A stretch of 64,000 nucleotides of DNA from Eledone cirrhosa (taxonomy: Eukaryota), in assembly GCA_964016885.1 (NCBI GenBank), contig OZ024742.1, positions 143,406,001 to 143,470,000 of the forward strand, read 5' to 3'. The notes below the pieces were generated by a model, which saw only the letters and a program-made list of their open reading frames with translations, was not told the DNA's origin and did no database searches. The position numbers and the translations under genes are program-made. Below are positions 55,291 to 64,000 of the stretch, in pieces (position 1 is the stretch's first letter; each line of letters begins with the position of its first letter).

Positions 55291-55509
55291 GTTTTTTTTT
55301 TTTTGGTTTAAAATAAATATTGGGCACAAAACCCCAATAAGCGGTTATTTTACCCCGAAGGGCCAAATAACGGGCAGAAAGACCCCTCTCACGAGGAGGA
55401 GGGTGTTTTTGTCTACAATTTGGTTAAAGTTTTAAACAATTTACAATTGTTATAGCGGTCAAAATTTACAATACCTTACAGAGCCGAGCCTCCGTCAACC
55501 ATGGCATTC

Positions 55510-55566
<57 letters not shown>

Positions 55567-56990
55567 TTGGTATTAGTAAGTGTGGAGTCCTTGTGATGAG
55601 GAGGTGTTATATTGAGCAGATGCAACGGAATCCAGGTACCAACAGGTGAGATGATAAAGGAAATTGACACCACTGAAGAAGGATACAAGTATTTGGGTGT
55701 TCTGGAGGCTGATGACACCAAGAACAAAAAAATGAAGGAATTGATAAGATCTGAATACATTCGGAGAGTAAGGAGCGTATTAAAGTCACACCTGAACAGT
55801 AGGAATGCCATAAGTGCAGTAAATTCCCGAGCTGTGTCTATTATTAAGTACAGTGCGGGAATTCTGAGATGGAATGTTGCTGAACAAAAAGAAATGGATA
55901 GGAAGACTAGGAAGCTATTGACTATCTACAACATGTTCCACAAGAGGAGTGATGTTGATAGACTCTACTTAAGGAGATCTGAAGGTGGAAAAGGTCTTAT
56001 CAGCATAGAGGACTGTGTTCAGATGGAGAAAAACAACCTACACAAATACATGACTGATAGTAAGGAGCCAATGCTCAGAATTGTACGGAAGGAGAGGACA
56101 ATAGACCAGGGGATGTCCAAGGAGGAAATAACAACAAGGAGAAAGAGCAGCCTTCATGAAAAATCCCTGCATAGTACCTTCTTTGAGAAAACTGAATTCA
56201 GAGATCCACAGACATGGAACTGGTTGAAAAGAGGAGACCTTAAAAAGACTACAGAAGGAATGCTAATGGCTGCGCAAGAGCAGGTCCTCAAAACGAAGTG
56301 GTTGAAACACCATATTTACAAGGACGAGGCTAGCCCACTGTGCAGGATCTGTGGAGAGAGAGAGGAGACCGTGGCTCACATTGTATCCGAGTGTAAACAC
56401 CTAGCCCAGACTCACTATAAGGGCTGGAGACATGATGTGATGGGCAGGGTGATCCACTGGCACCTATGCAAAGTAAACAATTTACCACATTCTGAGAAGT
56501 GGTATGAGCATAAACCAGAGTCGGTGATAGAAAACGATCAGGTGAAGGTGCTGTGGGATTTTAGGATACAGACGGACAAGAAACTGGAACACAATAGACC
56601 TGACATGGTGGTTTTGGACAAGGAAAAAGATCGTGCCTGATTGTGGATGTGGCCTGCCCATTCGACACGAGAGTGCAAGAGAAGGAGAGGGAGAAAATTA
56701 ACCGATACCAGGACTTAAAGTGGGAGGTAAAAAGGATTTGGAACTGCCATGAAGTCAAAGTGGTCCCGATTGTGATAGGCGCACTAGGTCCTATCTTAAA
56801 AAAGTTTCCAGGGATGGTTAAAGAAAATTGGCCCCGCCACGCTTTTTTGGAACGCTTCAAAAGGCATGCTTGCTGGGAACAGCAAGAACCCTCCGATACG
56901 TCCTGAATATCTGAGGCTGCAGGTAGCGGCTTGATATTCATTTCAACAAACTTTCCAGTTAACTAACATCAATGACTGAGACTTAAAGAA
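55567..56990 (+). mobile_element. 5'-truncated R4/Dong-like LINE (RT end, CCHC, RLE) in (AAT)n
   Basis: YKYLG, DVDRLYL..GGKGL, AAQEQ, CRIC..ETVAHIVSEC, RHD, HNRPD, DVACP, EKINRYQDL; one stop at 56638-56640; tail at 56992-57080. Confidence 0.9.
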
Positions 56991-56991
56991 C

Positions 56992-57081
<90 letters not shown>

Positions 57082-59283
57082 CGATCACTATAAACAATAG
57101 TTGAAACATCGTGTAAATACCCCTGAGGCGCATACGACGAATCAAACAATAATCTAAATGCATTTACATACTACTTCTTTTTTTCATTCGAACGAAAATG
57201 TCAAGTTGAGAGCATAATATAATATGTGTGGTCTTCTGTGTTATGTCAGTGAAATATGACTTGGTGAAACAATTACCAAAAGTTAATTACAGACGCCTGG
57301 GATGCATAAATTCAAGAAATAAAGGATATTCTGCAAATAAAGGTTGTACTTCATTAAGAAGCATGCACTTTGAGTCAAATTATAAATTAGCATTGCCTTC
57401 CAAGAACAAGAATAATTACTGCTGTGTAGAAAGCTAGACACTTCATCCTAACTTCATTTCGGTGCACTAGTAGGGGACGCTTGGACAAGAAGATTAATTA
57501 TTTAAATATTTTTTGTCTTTTTCTGAAATATTAAACATTATTTTTTCGTTTTTAATTTTGCGAATTTTTAGGGATGTTTAGGAACAGGATATATTTTATC
57601 GGAAAAGTTCTTGAAAATTTAGTCGATCATTTTACGTTACTTTTAACTTGGCGAATATTTATTGAATTTATTTTTCTTTTTGTTGGGAAAGTATTGTTGA
57701 ACACTGTTCTATTTTTAATTTTGCGAATAATATTCGAAACGCTATTTTTTGTCAGAAAAATAACGCTACTGACATGTGTCGATAAAGCACCTAAAACCTG
57801 AAAATCTATTAATTTTAGAGTAATAAAGGTCATCGTTGCAAACACGCGGTTTCCGACCTAAACGATCACTCGATATTAAAAATGGCAAACAAATGAAAGG
57901 GAATAAGAAATTCCTGAACGTACATAAATTACGTTAGTTTCTATTGTTTTTAATAAATTACTATAAAGTGTTAAATCATTTTTATTTGTTTATAGTTTTC
58001 AACATCGTGTGAACGGATCGGAAGCTGTGTGTTTGCAAGGCTGACTGCAATAAAACTTTGGATTATTAATAGAAGGATTGAAGAATGTTATCAACTAAAA
58101 TCATTTCTGTGGATATAACAGATTCGAAAACAATTATGCTTAAAAATTTCCAAGCTTTTAAGAAAATCTTATTTTTCATTTTCTCCCACCATAAAAGATC
58201 GATAATGAAAACCTTGAAAAGACAACTAAAAGTATCCGACTAAATGAACTAATTTGATCTCTGCTAGAGAAGCCATCATTTTCTATTTATTCGCCTACAA
58301 TATAATATCGAATTAAATTTAACACCCACTTAAAAATATTGATAGATAATTGAATAAGACCTAATAGGTTGCGCAATATGTCCCAAATAGTGAACACAAA
58401 TCACTTAATTAAGTATAGTGGAGTGGGGCGAAGTGTACAGATACCTTTACCTTCTTATAAGTATTTTAGTTGCTTTATATTTTCTTGACCAGCCTGAATA
58501 AAAGATTGTATAATGAAACAAGGAAAAATTAAGATGAAATGTCTTCGTTGAAAGATTTATTTTTTCCTGGTCGTACATTTATATACTTATTCTTCCTTTT
58601 ATATATTTGGCTATATTTTCTTCCTTTCCCTGTTTAAAGCTTTCAAAATCTACTTAAAGGCAGTGTTTTTATACACGAAACAAGAATGAACACAACATTT
58701 CTATTTATCTATAGAAAAAGTATTTGAAGCTCTGCTGACAAAATATAACACAATGTATTAAGAAATGTCATCTAAATTTTTCACTTGCTTTTTTTTGATA
58801 TATTTTATCCAGGCTTGTAAAATGAATGTAAAAAGTAGTAATAAAAATAAATAGAAATTATTTATGATACTTCATCATATAAAAATAAATGAAACAGATT
58901 ATTTGACGAACAAGTTATGTCCCTTAGGACTGAAGGTCATATAAAACTGTTCTTTACTGATGTACACAATGGTTTGTTTTCTCTTATCTTAGTAGAGATT
59001 TTCAACTTCGACATCAACTTTAACAATTAACTTGTTAGCTTAACAAATTTGGCATCAACTTTAACATGTTAGCTTAAAATTTGAATAATCTGTAAAACTA
59101 AAAAAAATATAACAAAACATGCTTTTCATAAGAGAAGGTAAAATAAGGTTTTATATTTTAAAATGAATATTTACAACTTCGTCGCACGATTAGTCTAACA
59201 CGTATATCCTTTCACCGGTGCAATTTTAACACAGAGGGCCGTGGCCCATGAAAACATCTGGAAGAGAGAGAGAGAGAGTGAGT

Positions 59284-59335
<52 letters not shown>

Positions 59336-59689
59336 TGGGGGAAAAGCTAAGAACCAGTGGTCTAAATTGTACACTTCTCTGTGACTCACGTTGTTTCATG
59401 TGTTAATTTTGGACTGCTCTCGTTCCCTTCCTACCTCCTCTTCCTTCCTTCTAGTCAACTTACATCTAGCCGCTGATCTCTGTCTTTCGAGATAATATTT
59501 TACCCAACGCCGTATCGACGGTATTTTGCTGTTCTAACAGCTTCCATACGCCGAGTTTTCCCATTTTCCTCAGAATCCTAATACACTCGCGTTTCAAAAC
59601 TCTATTTCCAAGTTAATTTGTTTATATATAGACAGTCGATCGACGTTCGTCAAATCGGACCGAGGAAACTATGTTTCCAGTGGTCTTTC

Positions 59690-59850
59690 CAATTGCTATT
59701 ACTATCTATCGGTCGCAACTCCAGGTAGAAGGAGCAATGTGAAATAAAGTGTCTTGCCCAAGGACATAACGCATCACCCGGTCCAGGGACCGAACTCACA
59801 CCCTCACAATTGCGAATCCAATCCTTAACAACTCACCCACACGCCTTCAC
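59690..59850 (-). mobile_element. SINE family B
   Basis: Reverse-complement homology to 13857-13970. Confidence 0.8.
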
Positions 59851-59851
59851 G

Positions 59852-59897
<46 letters not shown>

Positions 59898-59920
59898 CGT
59901 GTTTATATATATTTATATAT

Positions 59921-60029
<109 letters not shown>

Positions 60030-60049
60030 TGTGTGTGAGCATTTAATCT

Positions 60050-60440
60050 CACATCTAATGTTAAGGTCGACCAAGAAGACCGGTGAATTGGATCCGAAGC
60101 AGAGTACAAGAGATGGGTGGTAAGTAATGTAGTCTTCTGCAAGCTCCTGGAAATAATTGAACTCATCTTTGCAACCTATCAAGACACTGCATTAATTATA
60201 CAATTCTTCTGATCTTTATCATGATGAGTTGTGCTTATCCATTTATCGATTAACAGATGCGTAGAGTGATCCAGTGAGAACTAAATGTTTTGGTCATGAT
60301 AATAGCGTAGCTTTGATAACTTGCTGCAAATGTCGACCCTTTGCTTGGTAGATTGACACACTATTGATTCGGTCAACCTGCAAATTAAAATCGATCACTC
60401 ACAAAGTAAAATGGTTCTCTTGTTTGACTTTATTCAATAC
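60050..60440 (-). mobile_element. Highly decayed PLE-type RT relic
   Basis: ENHFTL..LQVD..GSTFAASY..YHPSL..FLVDLNI loosely follows PLE RT motifs. Confidence 0.4.
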
Positions 60441-60638
60441 GAGTTATTCGTAGGCTAGACAACTAATCTCCACAACAGTGTGTCATTATAATTACATTTA
60501 TACGTATCTAGGCATAAATGTACGCGTGCATAACTATTATTCTTAATATCTATCAACTTAAGGCTATCATACATTTAGATTAGCCTAAGAGTGTGGTTGA
60601 ATTCGCTCCACAACTATGGAGTTTCGGGGTTACACACA

Positions 60639-60753
<115 letters not shown>

Positions 60754-60889
60754 TCACAAACACATACAGGCACAAACCCAAACCCAACCACACACATATA
60801 TATGCATATATATATGTACTAATAATTTATATATATATATATATATATACACATACGCACACACACACACAGTCACATACACACACACC

Positions 60890-60920
<31 letters not shown>

Positions 60921-61000
60921 ATGTGTGTGTGTGTGTGTGTGTGCGTATGTGTATATATATATATATAAATTATTAGTACAGATTTTGGTCTTTGTAATAT

Positions 61001-61070
<70 letters not shown>

Positions 61071-61076
<6 letters not shown>

Positions 61077-61688
61077 AAGGTATATATTGAGTCAGAAACT
61101 CAAAATAGTCTCTTACAATAAAATAGCTCTAGGAAAGAGATTTTTCCGAGCCGTATATTATAATTGATTATAAAAGAAAAACGAACACAGATATATACAT
61201 ATATGTGTTCAAATCGTAAGGGACCAGATTCGCTTAGGTGAAAAGAATACTAACTATAGACAATAGGGCTTGCCTGACATAATTTAAGAATAAACCAAGA
61301 AAATAAATACAAACCGGAATTGTGGTAACTACCAATCACCCAGGCAGCTTTTGGTACTGCTGTTTCGCAAAATTAATTGTGAATAGGAATGCCAATTCTT
61401 GCTCATTAGTGGGTGAAGAATTAGTATCCTAGACACTTCTAAGTATATTAAGACACTGAATAGCGTGCGTATATATAACAACGCACATGGTATCTGAACT
61501 TAGCGCATCTCACAAACTTACACCACTAAAAATAGCAGCCAGGTTTATTCGACATTTGAATTAGCTCAACAAATTAACGGAGCCGAATATATCAAAGGTA
61601 TATATTGAGTTAGAAACTCAAAATAGTCTCTTACAAAAACACATAACACATATATGTATATATTTGTGTTCGTCTTTCTTTTATATTC

Positions 61689-61695
<7 letters not shown>
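61071..61695. mobile_element. 518-bp monomer with terminal redundancy, short inverted arm and mutated HHR
   Basis: ATATCAAAGGTATATATTGAGT at 61071 and 61589; about 61160-61209 inverted at 61646-61695; HHR-like fold at 61337-61415 (-). Confidence 0.75.
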
Positions 61696-62752
<1,057 letters not shown>

Positions 62753-62994
62753 TATATATATATATATATGGTGCCGATTACATGCTGTTCCATTATATTT
62801 TCTATATTTTCTCTTGGTGTCCAATCTTTATTAAAAGCTGAAATGAATGCATCAGGAGTGTTCAAAATGTCTCTGTATACAATCATGTCACTTATACCGT
62901 AACGCCATCTGGTGGATTTGTATCCATAAAATAGTGTATATTGTTAATCTCAACGTGCTTGTATATATATATATATGGAGACCTGATTTCAATT

Positions 62995-63031
<37 letters not shown>

Positions 63032-63099
63032 GACACGCGCGCGCACGCACACGCGCACACACACACAAACACATAAACACACACACAAACACACACATA

Positions 63100-63159
<60 letters not shown>

Positions 63160-63578
63160 GAAGAGCTGGGACCCCGACGGCTGAGTTCTCGCCGTTTCAA
63201 CACCTAGTTTCAGACTGAATCGCAGGTATTTTGGCGGTGGAAATAAAAACTGTAATGGTCAGGAGATTCTGATGTGCAAATATATATATAACGTATATTA
63301 CTTCGCTTTCCACGTTAATGACGTCAATTGCCAATATAGTATTTCGTGAAATCAAAACTAAGATTACCAGGTAACTTTTACTTTTCGTTACCTCATCTTA
63401 CAGTCCATTTAGCATTGTTTAGCATTGTTTAGCCTTCTATCTCTTTCAACCTTATATATTATATACAATGATGAGAATAAGTAAGTGGCATAGTCACTAC
63501 TTGAAAACTCATATCAAATGGTCTTCTAAATGTTGTTAATTAAACATACAGTATAATGCTGAACATATTATACATACA

Positions 63579-63615
<37 letters not shown>

Positions 63616-64000
63616 ATGTATCTGTGTATGTGTGCGCGCGCGCGTGTGTCTGTGTGTGTATATATATATATATATATATAGTATTAAGGATACTATTTAT
63701 GGTTATGTATGTAATAAAACCTTTTATGGTTATATATTTTTTATACAAACCCCAAATAGTGAAAGATAGTCATTAATTACTATCTTATTACCAGTAAGAT
63801 AAATAGCTCAATGTAATAACATCGGTTGTTTTACAGAGCAGTTATATAGAGATTACAATAATCAAAGTTCAGTTTAAATAATTTATTTGCTTACAATTGT
63901 TTCCTCCAAACCGAGGTTTGGATTCTTCGGAGCAACTATTTAGTGATCTATAACATACTTGACCTCCTTTTCAACACAAGAGACATATAAAAACATATCC

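Larger units (their letters stand above)
50972..55509 (-). mobile_element. L1/Tx1-like LINE with the RT domain deleted, flanked by (AAT)n
   Basis: ORF1, APE and C-terminal Zn-finger region present; AATAAA near 50985; (AAT)n at about 50878-50942 and 55510-55566. Confidence 0.85.

Noticed and set aside
57081-59640. Host promoter or exon, or continuation of the hAT relic
   Set aside because: Repeat-poor, but no interpretable ORF, splice pattern or clear hAT motif.

Overview
Eukaryotic, AT-rich, repeat-saturated intergenic or intronic DNA. The SINE types and microsatellite load suggest an octopod cephalopod, which is an inference. I cannot support any host protein-coding gene, and most listed ORFs are translations of (TA)n, (CA)n, (GA)n or trinucleotide repeats. 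Recognisable content: a 5'-truncated Penelope-like element (PLE; RT C-terminus plus GIY-YIG) flanked by ~0.9-kb inverted pLTRs, several more PLE relics, an L1/Tx1-like LINE lacking its RT domain, R4/Dong-like, RTE-like and CR1-like LINE fragments, hAT and mariner relics and MITEs, a Helitron-like non-autonomous element, many tRNA-derived SINEs, and a ~7-kb trinucleotide mosaic. The most notable signal is a dozen or so non-coding fold-back or tandem elements embedded in (TA)n tracts. Most carry type I hammerhead ribozyme (HHR) folds, canonical or variant, and several have monomers of 518-616 bp, consistent with PLE-mobilised, retrozyme-like RNAs. All folds and alignments were made by eye; boundaries are approximate unless stated.
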